From: a virus
DNA length: 64,000 bases
Direction: 5' to 3' (one strand)
Virus record (IMG/VR): IMGVR_UViG_3300020579_000011
Location: 6,522 to 70,521 of that record
The notes under the pieces were generated by a model. That model saw nothing but the letters and a program-made list of their open reading frames with translations, had not been told where the DNA came from and did no database searches. Position numbers and translations under genes: made by a program. This document shows positions 36,952 to 45,742 of this stretch, piece by piece. Each line of letters begins with the position of its first letter. The first letter of the stretch is position 1.

Positions 36952-38540
36952 TTACTCGGTTGGCGAAGTTTTGCAGCCCATGTAGGTAGTGATGGCGGCT
37001 TTGGTCCTTGCCGTTCTTTGCGTTGCTGCTCGTTATACACTTTGTAGCCTGCCATGAACTTTGACATGGGTTCCTTGATGGCGTCAAGACGTGCTCTCAA
37101 TTTCACAGATTCTGGTACATCTGCCTCATCCAAAAGTGCGCCTGCTATGGCGTAGCGTGCTGAGTCGCCCATGTCGTCAGCTAGGCTCATACCCTTTGGC
37201 TTGACCACATCTTCGATTGAGGTAGCCGTGCCGTCGCCACGGACGAGAAGCGGAATGGATTCAATCAGCACAGGGCAATCGGTCGTGATAAACCAATCGT
37301 CCGTATCCAGTAAGTCGTACATCTTCTGCCAGCCGGCGACTCGATCTGTATTCGAGCGCGTTGGACGCGGCAAACCGGCAGCGGCAAGAATATCGCCAAC
37401 TTCATCGGCAATCGTGAAGTCACCCTGCGTCTTTATGAAACGCTCCCATGAGAAGTGAATCTGTTCAATGTTCATCGCCAACTTTTGTGCGCGCAGTCCG
37501 CCAACCATGGCAATCAGCGCCTCAGCCTGTTCCTTTGGTGTGTTCTTGTGGAGGTAGAGTTCGCCGATGGTTACGTTGACCGTGCGAAGAGTTGGCTGAC
37601 CGTGTTCGTTGAGCCTTGCTGAATCTTTGTAAAGCGCCTTCGTGAAAACCGTGATGCAGGCATAGTGACCGAATCCGTAGTCCCATCCAATCCAAGTCGG
37701 CTGCCATTCTTGGAAAATTAGTTCTTCTTTGAATTTGATGTGCCTCGAAGCGTCCCAATTCTCGAAGTATTGGCCGGAGACCGTATCTAGTCGTCCTTCA
37801 AAGATGATCCCACGTTTCGGTGAGGCTTTGAGAGTCTGGATATATTCGCGGTTGTTGGCGTAGGTAGGATTATCGAGAACTGTCGAGTGGAAATATTCGT
37901 AATCGGCAGCGTTGTACATTTCCGGGTCCATGCCGATGAACGGCTTCTTGTCCACCCAAAGTTTCTTGATCCAGCCCCAGCCTATGCCCATGGGATTCGT
38001 TACGCCAACCATGCACGGACGCGAGCCAGGAATCGGACAGCGATTGCGGCCACACAGGGCGTCCCAAACAGCAAAACTGAACTCGCCTAACTCTTCAAAA
38101 CCGATGAATACGTATTCTGTCGAGAGGAATTTGCCTACATCTGCGTCACGCTCGCAGGCCGAAAGATAAAGTTTCGATTGTGCTCCTGTCTTTGGATCTG
38201 GATGGTGGTAAAGAATATGGTCCGTATGGTTATAGGTGTCGTAGGCTTCCCGTGGAATGACAGCGAGGAGTTTATCAACTACTGTGCGCTTCAGGTCAGG
38301 GATCGTCTTGCGAAGGATGAGACTGTTTGAGCCGGGATACTCTAGCCCATGGATGAATGCTTCCCAGAGCATAGCCAAACTTTTGCCGCTACCATAGCCA
38401 CCGACCTCAAGTCGATAGCGTGCGCCTGATTTGTGGAAATCTTCTTGAGGAGCTGTCTCGCGGCCAGGTTGCTTGGGCCATGGTCTGTAGTGGTCAGAGA
38501 TGCGGAACTGTGGTGGGCCGGTTTGAGCTGCTGCTGGCAC
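36948..38540 (-). CDS. terL: Terminase large subunit
   Basis: Walker A GGYGSGKS, Walker B FIGFEE, motif III VTNP, DNP, nuclease GWDYG and DDMGDSARY. Confidence 0.95.
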   Translation of the reverse strand: MPAAAQTGPPQFRISDHYRPWPKQPGRETAPQEDFHKSGARYRLEVGGYGSGKSLAMLWEAFIHGLEYPGSNSLILRKTIPDLKRTVVDKLLAVIPREAYDTYNHTDHILYHHPDPKTGAQSKLYLSACERDADVGKFLSTEYVFIGFEELGEFSFAVWDALCGRNRCPIPGSRPCMVGVTNPMGIGWGWIKKLWVDKKPFIGMDPEMYNAADYEYFHSTVLDNPTYANNREYIQTLKASPKRGIIFEGRLDTVSGQYFENWDASRHIKFKEELIFQEWQPTWIGWDYGFGHYACITVFTKALYKDSARLNEHGQPTLRTVNVTIGELYLHKNTPKEQAEALIAMVGGLRAQKLAMNIEQIHFSWERFIKTQGDFTIADEVGDILAAAGLPRPTRSNTDRVAGWQKMYDLLDTDDWFITTDCPVLIESIPLLVRGDGTATSIEDVVKPKGMSLADDMGDSARYAIAGALLDEADVPESVKLRARLDAIKEPMSKFMAGYKVYNEQQRKERQGPKPPSLPTWAAKLRQPSK

Positions 38541-38553
38541 GCCAGCGAGTGTA

Positions 38554-39027
38554 TCACTTTCGCTTGAACCTTTGTTTCTTGGTAGGGATTTCTCCTAGAG
38601 CGATACCAGCAACCTCGCGTCTCTTCGTGCAAGATGGGCACGGGCATGTAAGCCAGTTAGATTCGGCTGTGTGCTTTACTGGCGCGACATCTCCATCTGT
38701 TGCTCTATCTCGTCCAACAGGAACGGGAACACCCGAAAAAACCAAGCCTGTTTCTGGGCTTCTTCCCAATTCCTTCTGCGTTGGAGTAGCATTTCCTCGG
38801 CTTCGTTTATCGATCCGAGTGCGCCGTCCATCCAAAAGAACCTCTGTAGTCCCAAGGGCGTCTTGATTTGCACTATCTTCACGACTTACTCCGTTTCCAG
38901 GCTGGTTGCACGAGCGCCGCACCCACTCTGAAATTGAAAGGCCGCGAAGATTTGCTCGTCGTTGCCAATCTTCAAGGTCCGACGACTCCACGCGAACCGT
39001 CAATGATACTTTAGGTGTATGCGTCAT
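38554..39027 (-). CDS. RHH-domain protein with C-terminal CxCxxC
   Basis: SLTVRV...WQRRA..RGLSISEWVRR. Confidence 0.65.
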   Translation of the reverse strand: MTHTPKVSLTVRVESSDLEDWQRRANLRGLSISEWVRRSCNQPGNGVSREDSANQDALGTTEVLLDGRRTRIDKRSRGNATPTQKELGRSPETGLVFSGVPVPVGRDRATDGDVAPVKHTAESNWLTCPCPSCTKRREVAGIALGEIPTKKQRFKRK

Positions 39028-39038
39028 GCGTACGTAAG

Positions 39039-39068
39039 ACAATACAGTGAATACCTTAAAATGTGCAA
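39039..39068 (-). promoter_or_regulatory. Sigma70-like promoter
   Basis: TTGCAC-18 bp-TATTGT in an AT-rich gap, 11 nt before ATG. Confidence 0.45.
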
Positions 39069-39089
39069 GTCAAATGTAAGACTAATGCC

Positions 39090-39557
39090 TTACTCTGGTT
39101 TGTGTCCGTTGGCAGGTGTCACTTCAATTGCTGGTCGGTTTGGCCGAGGAATGTCTACTACGATCACTTGGACGCCGATGTTTGTTGATGTCTCTGCCCC
39201 TCGTTCGGCGTAGCGGCCCTTTAGCTTGAATGCTATGTCTAATCCGCTCGTCCGCGGTCCCCAAGCGATTACTTCGCGGGAGTCTCCTACCTTTCCATTG
39301 TGCTGGAAAAACTTGGTTTCTTTCGCGTTCAATAGAGGCACTAAATGATTCTGTATTAAAGCTTTGTCTGTAAGACCGAGTTCGTCCATGAGTTCCGGCA
39401 TTTTTAACTTGATGGATTCTAGAGCCTGATGCGCGGACTGATCTGGATTATTGGGCGAATAGCCAGCTTTGATCGCCGCCTGTTTTACGGTCTTGTTCTT
39501 TGGCAATTGCTTGATGAATGCGCGTTCGCGCTGAGTTAGTTTGCGTCTCTTAGCCAT
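39090..39557 (-). CDS. terS: Terminase small subunit
   Basis: LTQRERAFI...QAAIKAGYS HTH motif. Confidence 0.88.
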   Translation of the reverse strand: MAKRRKLTQRERAFIKQLPKNKTVKQAAIKAGYSPNNPDQSAHQALESIKLKMPELMDELGLTDKALIQNHLVPLLNAKETKFFQHNGKVGDSREVIAWGPRTSGLDIAFKLKGRYAERGAETSTNIGVQVIVVDIPRPNRPAIEVTPANGHKPE

Positions 39558-39613
39558 ATACCCGATTTCCCCGAACTACTAGATAGATTGTGTCACAAAA
39601 TCTGCCTCAGCTC

Positions 39614-39859
39614 TCATGTGCCGGTGGCTCCGGGCTGCTCTTCGATGCACTCCAACCATTCGGTCTCAATTCGCCGATTGAATTCTTCTATTTGCTCATC
39701 CGTCATTCCGTCGTGACAGTTAAACGGCTGCCCGACTGTGTGTGGCCAGCATTTGTCTGAGCTTAAGTGAAGGCATGTCTTATTTGGACAATCAGGCACG
39801 GCGCAATTGGGCCATTCGCCCATCGCATTCGCGTAATCAATACAGTTTGATTCGCTCAT
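39614..39859 (-). CDS. Small Cys-rich protein
   Basis: GAGG RBS; CAVPDC...C..H. Confidence 0.5.
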   Translation of the reverse strand: MSESNCIDYANAMGEWPNCAVPDCPNKTCLHLSSDKCWPHTVGQPFNCHDGMTDEQIEEFNRRIETEWLECIEEQPGATGT

Positions 39860-39885
39860 TTCCTCTGCTTTGCCTGCTGGCCGGG

Positions 39886-40131
39886 TCAAACATTCTTTGG
39901 TGTTGCATGCTCGGCTAACGCAAACTGCTGCTCTAGTGCGTCTATCCGGTCCTGCACAGCCATGAACGCTGCATACCCCACAAGCACCGCTATCGGCTCG
40001 TCGCTATCCTGAATCACGTAACGGGTCTCGCCAATATTGCGTAATGTCTCTGCGTTGAACTTGCGCAGAAAGCTCACGCCAACAAAACGTAATCGCCTGT
40101 CGAGATAGACCGTGCCTGCGTTAGCTGCCAT
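39886..40131 (-). CDS. Phd/YefM-like antitoxin-fold protein
   Basis: VGVSFLR...YVIQ....PIAVLVGYAAF. Confidence 0.6.
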   Translation of the reverse strand: MAANAGTVYLDRRLRFVGVSFLRKFNAETLRNIGETRYVIQDSDEPIAVLVGYAAFMAVQDRIDALEQQFALAEHATPKNV

Positions 40132-40167
40132 TGCTCCCCCTCCGGCTGTTTGCCCGTGCCTGCTGGC

Positions 40168-40863
40168 TCACTCGTTAGCTGCTAGGCCGCTCGGCTCAAA
40201 GTCTGCGAAATAACCTGCAAACTCGAAATGGGACTTTGCGATGCCGAGCAGCAAATTTCTGAACTCAATCGGAGTTTCAAGCCGCTGGCGGCGAGAAAGC
40301 CGCTGGCAAATCCCAGTGCGCGTCTTGCGACGGCGTTCTTCTTTTGAATGGAACCCATCTTCCAATCGAATCTTCGATGCCCCCTTGCCCCATCTTAGCA
40401 GTGGCAATCCGACTTTCGCAGCATAGAGCCAGGTTGCTTTCTGTGCGCGATGCCCGTAAAACTCCTGGTCAACGCAGCACGTCCAGCCGCCTTCAAAGTC
40501 AGCATTGACCCATCCACCGACGCGCGGAGGTGCATTTAATCCGAACTCTTTCCATGCTGAGCTCGCTGCCGGATGTTCGAGCACACCGCCAAACTTGCGA
40601 ACGCTGGCAAGCGCAGAGGCAAAGCACCCTCCATCGTCGCCCTTTACTCTCCGCACCTTTGCACTCGGTCCTCCGTGCCAGTAACGGCCCCAGCGGGCAC
40701 AGGGCGGATGCGCCACGACCGGCCACGGTCCAGCATATTTCCGCGCATCGCGTTGCTCATCCCACAACTCGACATCGGGCAGCCCAGCATAAGGACCGTC
40801 AGGCATGACAAAAAGTGCCGCTATCAACTTGTCCGCTCCTCTCTGGCCCGCGCTCAGGGCCAC
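40168..40863 (-). CDS. C5-cytosine methyltransferase-like protein (divergent)
   Basis: HPPC (motif IV), LEHP (VI), YGHRAQKATWL (VIII), RLETP (X). FxGxG is absent. Confidence 0.65.
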   Translation of the reverse strand: MALSAGQRGADKLIAALFVMPDGPYAGLPDVELWDEQRDARKYAGPWPVVAHPPCARWGRYWHGGPSAKVRRVKGDDGGCFASALASVRKFGGVLEHPAASSAWKEFGLNAPPRVGGWVNADFEGGWTCCVDQEFYGHRAQKATWLYAAKVGLPLLRWGKGASKIRLEDGFHSKEERRRKTRTGICQRLSRRQRLETPIEFRNLLLGIAKSHFEFAGYFADFEPSGLAANE

Positions 40864-41042
40864 ACATCTGCTGTTACGCTAATTGAAATGTGCACTCGGA
40901 CTGCAAATTTATGGTCACAATTCCCGCATTCGTAGTAGCAGAGACTCTCGCCATTGTTGCCAATCGCTTCGCTCAAGTCGTTCTTGGCATGGCAGTATGG
41001 GCATTCAACCCGATGATAGTCTTTTGTGTACGTTTCACTCAC
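40854..41042 (-). CDS. Zinc-ribbon protein
   Basis: CPYC...CGNC. Confidence 0.65.
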   Translation of the reverse strand: MSETYTKDYHRVECPYCHAKNDLSEAIGNNGESLCYYECGNCDHKFAVRVHISISVTADVWP

Positions 41043-41062
41043 TTACGTCTTCTTCCCCGCGC

Positions 41063-41404
41063 TCAGGACTGCTTGGGCGGGCGCTTCGACTCTCTCCAAT
41101 TCGGCAATGCACAAAACATATCGAACCGCCTCACTATTGGGCAAATAGCCGGACTCGTCTTGGTTTGAGTATTCGGAATCGGTGCGCAGATAACATCTGG
41201 ATGGATGCGCATGAAAAGCGGCGGCTCTATTCGATGCTCCGCTTGAGCCATGACCACTTGCAGCCAGTCAAGGCATTGTTTGTCAGACGGCTTTGACTCG
41301 TCGTTTTTGACGCCCATCTTGGTATAGAGAAAACATCGGTACATCGCCAACAGGTCACCGTTTGTCATCTCAACCTTCTTGCTACGCTTAGTTTTGTCGC
41401 TCAT
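41063..41404 (-). CDS. Hypothetical protein
   Basis: ATGA coupling. Confidence 0.5.
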   Translation of the reverse strand: MSDKTKRSKKVEMTNGDLLAMYRCFLYTKMGVKNDESKPSDKQCLDWLQVVMAQAEHRIEPPLFMRIHPDVICAPIPNTQTKTSPAICPIVRRFDMFCALPNWRESKRPPKQS

Positions 41405-41934
41405 CCGGCTTTCGCCTCCTTGTCTGGCTCCTGGGTGGCGAGGGCGGCGCGTGTGTTCTCAGGTTCAAGTTCCAGGCAGCGGTGGATAACGTAAGCTACA
41501 ACGTCTGGCATGTCGCGCTGTTCCGCGTTGCAAAATTGCAGGAAGCGGTTTAACTCATCGCGTCTTCCATCTTGCTCTGAAAGGCCACGCTCGCTCGGCT
41601 GGCGGGCCGCAGCCCCGGCGCAATAAGCGTCATGGATAATTGAAAGTATCACGTCGTGTTGTGGGCGATTATCCGTAGGGCTTGCCTGCCAGGGCTTAAA
41701 CCGTGCAGCCCAGAACTCCTCAGCATCGAATCCCGTCCCTGCCTCCTGAACGGCTGGCACTGCGCTCTCAGCGGACTGGGCGGCGAGAGCTTTAGTGTGA
41801 AAGTCTAGGACCAGCTTCGCTATTGCTGGCCCTAATTTGGCGGCGTTCCACCTCTCATCCATAGCTCTTTTCGCTAGGCCATACGCCACGTCACCTATTC
41901 CTATTTCCTGCAACGATAACTGCTTGTCGCTCAT
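41401..41934 (-). CDS. Hypothetical protein
   Basis: GGAGG RBS. Confidence 0.6.
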   Translation of the reverse strand: MSDKQLSLQEIGIGDVAYGLAKRAMDERWNAAKLGPAIAKLVLDFHTKALAAQSAESAVPAVQEAGTGFDAEEFWAARFKPWQASPTDNRPQHDVILSIIHDAYCAGAAARQPSERGLSEQDGRRDELNRFLQFCNAEQRDMPDVVAYVIHRCLELEPENTRAALATQEPDKEAKAG

Positions 41935-42095
41935 CGTTTCCTCCGCTTGGCTGGCACGGACGTAATTTCAATCTCCATCTTGTCTCCCAAATCCAAGCAC
42001 TTTGCATCGTGGCCTCCCGTGAGGCTCGTCACCCTCGCTACACGCTTGCTCCAAGTGATGTCTATACGTAGCACCTTCCGCGCTTTGGTCTTCAC
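41931..42095 (-). CDS. 54-aa hypothetical protein (not in track)
   Basis: GTGA and ATGA overlaps on both sides; begins MKTKAR. Confidence 0.5.
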   Translation of the reverse strand: MKTKARKVLRIDITWSKRVARVTSLTGGHDAKCLDLGDKMEIEITSVPAKRRKR

Positions 42096-42256
42096 TTTGT
42101 GGCCTCGTAACGCACGACACGATAGATACCGCCATCATTCCAACTTTTTATCGCCTTTACTGCTAGGTATCTACGTGTCTTGGCAACAAGCGGCTTCCAC
42201 TTACCATTCCCGCCGACGAACTCCACCACCCACACGCTACGCGCTTTGGTCTTCAT
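42092..42256 (-). CDS. Small basic protein
   Basis: MKTKARSVWVVE...RYEATK, similar to 43297-43455. Confidence 0.5.
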   Translation of the reverse strand: MKTKARSVWVVEFVGGNGKWKPLVAKTRRYLAVKAIKSWNDGGIYRVVRYEATK

Positions 42257-42428
42257 GCCCGCTCTCTTTCCAGCTTCTCGCGGATGGCGTCCTCGATGAA
42301 CCGCCTTCGCTCCATAATCAGCGCGTTCTTGGCGTGTCCGCTCGGTGTCTGCCCAAAAATGTGCCAAGTAACCTCAAACGTGGGCTGGTCGCCGCTGGCG
42401 TTCGCTATTAAAACTTCAAATACGTCGC

Positions 42429-42782
42429 TCATTTCTCCTCCATCGCTTTGCGAATCGCGGCTGCCGCCAGCTTAATACTCGCTTCATCGCCAAGTTCGAT
42501 ACAGCGGGCGCAACTTCCGAGGCGGATAATGCAATGCCGTTTGTGCTCTTCCAATTTTGCTTCCCGCTTGGCCTCCACCACCAGGGAGTCGAGGCCGGAG
42601 ACGAGCGGTTCAAGAGCGTCGGCGGCTTGTCTTAGCCCTTTCGCGTGCCATTCGCAGCCTTCACAGGGCTTCCAAGGGGCAGTCTCAACCGGAATCTCGC
42701 AAGAACTCTCTATCAGGTCTGCATCTTCACGCCAGTGCTTCGTCAGCTCCGCTAGTCGCTCAGTGAGAGGAGTCGGGGTCAT
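42429..42782 (-). CDS. Hypothetical protein
   Basis: AGGAG RBS; two Cys pairs. Confidence 0.55.
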   Translation of the reverse strand: MTPTPLTERLAELTKHWREDADLIESSCEIPVETAPWKPCEGCEWHAKGLRQAADALEPLVSGLDSLVVEAKREAKLEEHKRHCIIRLGSCARCIELGDEASIKLAAAAIRKAMEEK

Positions 42783-43018
42783 CGAGTTTCTCCTAGGCGT
42801 GCGCGAATCCTGTCAATCCAGCCGAGCAGCCAAGTTCTGATTTGCCAGACGCCACAAGCCGCCAGAAGATACACTTCTAAGTACGGCATTAGAACGTCCC
42901 AATGCGTCAAAGCTTGCTTGTCCGACCCCACGACACCTACGAAGAGCATCGCAATAGCGACGACGAAGCCGCCCAACCCAAAAGCGATAGCTAAAATTGT
43001 TCTGACAGTGTTCTCCAC
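42779..43018 (-). CDS. Small 2-TM membrane protein
   Basis: Two hydrophobic segments. Confidence 0.5.
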   Translation of the reverse strand: MENTVRTILAIAFGLGGFVVAIAMLFVGVVGSDKQALTHWDVLMPYLEVYLLAACGVWQIRTWLLGWIDRIRARLGETR

Positions 43019-43041
43019 TCCCTTTCCTCCCTCTCTTCGTG

Positions 43042-43257
43042 CTACCTGGTCCCCATTGCGAAACGGCGCTTCCGTCCGAACAAGGCTTTCTCGCATTCGT
43101 GCCTCAGCTTCAAACGTTCTGCCTGAGTCTGCAAGCGCTGCGTGAAGTAGTAATCCCACCTCACTTCGCCAATCCATTCGACCATCGGGCGAAAGGAGAA
43201 CAATTCCCATCCTTGCTCGAACGTTGTGCCGACGTGGAACGGAGCGCGTATTTTCAT
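43042..43257 (-). CDS. Hypothetical protein
   Basis: GAGG RBS. Confidence 0.45.
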   Translation of the reverse strand: MKIRAPFHVGTTFEQGWELFSFRPMVEWIGEVRWDYYFTQRLQTQAERLKLRHECEKALFGRKRRFAMGTR

Positions 43258-43296
43258 TTACCTGGTCCCTCGGTCAAACCCGATGCAAATGCCTAG

Positions 43297-43455
43297 CTAT
43301 CGCTTGCTGGCGTCATAGCGAATCAATTCGTAATCTTTCCTTTGGTCGTAATACTTGTGCATTCGATAACGAATGTCAGCGAGACCACGGGCTTTTGTTA
43401 CGTAGGCTTCGCAGAATTTCCCTTGGTAGTAAAGCACCCACACGCTTCGCTTCAT
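43297..43455 (-). CDS. Small basic protein
   Basis: GAGGAG RBS; MKRSVWVL...RYDASKR. Confidence 0.5.
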   Translation of the reverse strand: MKRSVWVLYYQGKFCEAYVTKARGLADIRYRMHKYYDQRKDYELIRYDASKR

Positions 43456-43542
43456 TCTGTCAGCCCCTCCTCGGCTTATTGGCACGCTAGTCATGGATTT
43501 TTCACACTGGTTTGCCCACCTGCGGCGCTGTGTCAAGAGCAG

Positions 43543-43986
43543 CTACCGCAAGTTTCTGAACCAAACTTGCTTCGGCCCTTCAGGATAAATTCCTTTGCTG
43601 CGCTTGCGCGATGGCCGGTCGTAATTGCCGCCTTTCGTCATGTGGCTGAACGTCCAGCCCGCAGCTCGCAGCGAAGTGCCTGGCTCGCTCCCAAGAATCT
43701 CCGTCCAAATCTTCCGATAGCCCATTTCCTTTGCGATACGCGCCGCCGCGCCATAGAGAAATGAGCACTCATTCTTGCCGCCGAACGTCACAAGCCGCGT
43801 GACCGCGCACTCCATGTACTGCTCCGAGAGCCGCGCTTGGCGGCGTCCAACGATGCACGCGCCGACTAACTGCTCGCCCTTCATTGCTCCTATCGCCCAC
43901 CGACAGCCCACAACTGAGCGATGGTGACGGTGCCTATCGCTCACGAGCGCGTTAGCCTCGACAAGCGTTAGCGGAATCACCCTCAC
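43543..43986 (-). CDS. Mom-like GNAT DNA-modification protein (XF1762 family)
   Basis: ANALV..RHRHH, VGACIVGR, VTRLV, NECSFLYGAAAR, EPGTSLRAAGW. Confidence 0.85.
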   Translation of the reverse strand: MRVIPLTLVEANALVSDRHRHHRSVVGCRWAIGAMKGEQLVGACIVGRRQARLSEQYMECAVTRLVTFGGKNECSFLYGAAARIAKEMGYRKIWTEILGSEPGTSLRAAGWTFSHMTKGGNYDRPSRKRSKGIYPEGPKQVWFRNLR

Positions 43987-44022
43987 CTCATCCTCTCTTC
44001 CCTGCCCGCGCCACGGGTAACC

Positions 44023-44769
44023 TCAAGCTCCTGCCAGTTTCTTCATATCGGCCATTGCGTCTTCGTCCGTATCAAAGAACCGGCAAGGATTGAATTTGCG
44101 CGACGTGTCGCTGGCGTCGTAGATCAACTGCGCCGCGAGTAGCGTGCCGTGAAAGGCTTCGAGTTTTTTGCCCTCTTCGCCTGCCAACGTCATGACCCAT
44201 CCGCCTCGGCAATGCGTCATCTGGCAGGTGTGCCAGGTATTCATTTTTAGATGATGCTCCGGTTGCATGACCGCTTCGTAAACTCGCTTGTGGATGTCGG
44301 GAATCACTGGAATTGTCGGCGCTTTGAAATTGCCTTTTACTGGCGCAGCGCCTTCCAAATCCGAGCAATACGAGCAACGCGAGCAATCCGAGCAACCCGA
44401 GCAACGCGAGCAACCCGAGCAACGCGAGCAACGCGAGCAATCCGAGCAATGCGAGCAACCCGAGCAATCCGAGCAATCCGAGCAACGCGAGCAACGCGAG
44501 CAACCCGAGCAACGCGAGCAATCCGAGCAATCCGAGCAACCCGAGCAATCCGAGCAATCCGAGCAACGCGAGCAACGCGAGCAACCCGAGCAACGCGAGC
44601 AATCCGAGCAATCCGAGCAACGCGAGCAACGCGAGCAACGCGAGCAATCCGAGCAATTAATGCAGTTTTCGCAATTCTTCAAACTGTCCAGCGCTTTTTG
44701 TGCCGCTTCTTTTGTTCCGAAATATTCTACGGAACATTTATTGCCGTTCGTGTCTTTAAGCCAAGTCAT
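44023..44769 (-). CDS. (Cys-Ser-X)33 repeat protein with C-terminal WHTC..THCRGGW domain
   Basis: GAGGAGG RBS; only this frame has coherent unique flanks. Confidence 0.8.
   Translation of the reverse strand: MTWLKDTNGNKCSVEYFGTKEAAQKALDSLKNCENCINCSDCSRCSRCSRCSDCSDCSRCSGCSRCSRCSDCSDCSGCSDCSDCSRCSGCSRCSRCSDCSDCSGCSHCSDCSRCSRCSGCSRCSGCSDCSRCSYCSDLEGAAPVKGNFKAPTIPVIPDIHKRVYEAVMQPEHHLKMNTWHTCQMTHCRGGWVMTLAGEEGKKLEAFHGTLLAAQLIYDASDTSRKFNPCRFFDTDEDAMADMKKLAGA
44359..44655 (-). repeat. 33 tandem 9-nt units TGCTCG-NNT
   Basis: Read directly; third codon GAT/CGT/GGT/CAT/TAT. Confidence 0.97.
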
Positions 44770-44791
44770 TGATTCCTCCTCGCGCCACTTC

Positions 44792-45034
44792 TCATTCGCT
44801 CACCTTCGCCGGTCTGCCTGCGGGCGTGTCGCAATCCCGTGCGGCATGATAGCCAGCAGGGTAGCCCTCATTGAATCCTTGTGCGTACGCCTGTATTTTT
44901 GTCATTCGAAGTAGGCTGGCAAGGGCCTTAATATCGCTATCGTTCCATGCCGCAGCCGGTAAGTGTTTGCGTGCGAATCGGCGAGCTATGTCAATAAATT
45001 TATTTTGCTTGAGCTTACTCATGTTCTTAACCAT
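44792..45034 (-). CDS. Hypothetical protein
   Basis: Coupled ORF; AYAQGFNEGYPAGY. Confidence 0.5.
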   Translation of the reverse strand: MVKNMSKLKQNKFIDIARRFARKHLPAAAWNDSDIKALASLLRMTKIQAYAQGFNEGYPAGYHAARDCDTPAGRPAKVSE

Positions 45035-45284
45035 CCTTCTTTGCGCCTGCGCCCGTCGCTTGATTGAATTTGGCTGGGTATTTGGCGGTCTTAAATAATT
45101 CAGCGGCCGCCCTGTGCAACCCAGCGAGAGCTTTCAGTTCAAGGCAATACGCGCTGTTCGGAGTAGCTGATGATGACACCCGTTTTTCTGATCGCCCAGC
45201 CAACTCTTCGTGGTAGCGAATGGCGGATTTAATACTCGCGGTCCAGATAAATTCTCTTTGAATCGCTGCTTCCTGAGTGTCCAT
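45027..45284 (-). CDS. Hypothetical protein
   Basis: TAATG coupling. Confidence 0.45.
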   Translation of the reverse strand: MDTQEAAIQREFIWTASIKSAIRYHEELAGRSEKRVSSSATPNSAYCLELKALAGLHRAAAELFKTAKYPAKFNQATGAGAKKDG

Positions 45285-45742
45285 TAGGATTTGCCTCGAA
45301 CTAAACAACCAAGTCTGACCTTTGCGATTTCTTTGCTGCACGGCGGCTTGCCGTACTTCCCAAATGGTCGAGGCTCTCCGTGACACGCCCCGCACAAGAC
45401 AGCATCCGGTTTCGGTATTTCACACATTGAGGCAGTAAACTTTCTGCGGTCGTGGCGCAACTGAACGAAAAAGATTTGACCGCAGAGCGCCGTGGCTACT
45501 AGATTTGGCGTTTCTAGCCGCAACATCCGGTCGTAATGCGCTTCGTACCAGTGAGCCGTCACGTAAGCAATTTTGTGGATGAGCATTGATTGGCGGGAAG
45601 TGCCGTAAACGTACTTCGGATGCTTCGCAAGTCGAGTCTTCCCGAACTGCCAATCGGCAAAGTCGGGCCGTCCCTCAATCCACATTCCGTTATCTGGCTG
45701 AGTCTCCATTAGCTTGGCCTCGCTCGCCGTCTTGAAAATCAT
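45284..45742 (-). CDS. Hypothetical Zn-binding protein
   Basis: IH...LCG...CGAC. Confidence 0.55.
   Translation of the reverse strand: MIFKTASEAKLMETQPDNGMWIEGRPDFADWQFGKTRLAKHPKYVYGTSRQSMLIHKIAYVTAHWYEAHYDRMLRLETPNLVATALCGQIFFVQLRHDRRKFTASMCEIPKPDAVLCGACHGEPRPFGKYGKPPCSKEIAKVRLGCLVRGKS

Noticed and set aside
41404-42432. Three genes starting ATGAGCGAC
   Set aside because: Explained by ATGA stop-start coupling and common MSD starts; too short to be significant.
44072-44914. LLA/LLG, RAT/RAI and EQS/EQR repeat ORFs; possible CRISPR array or DGR
   Set aside because: Alternative frames of the 9-nt repeat. There are no unique spacers, cas genes or reverse transcriptase, and the variation is not adenine-specific.
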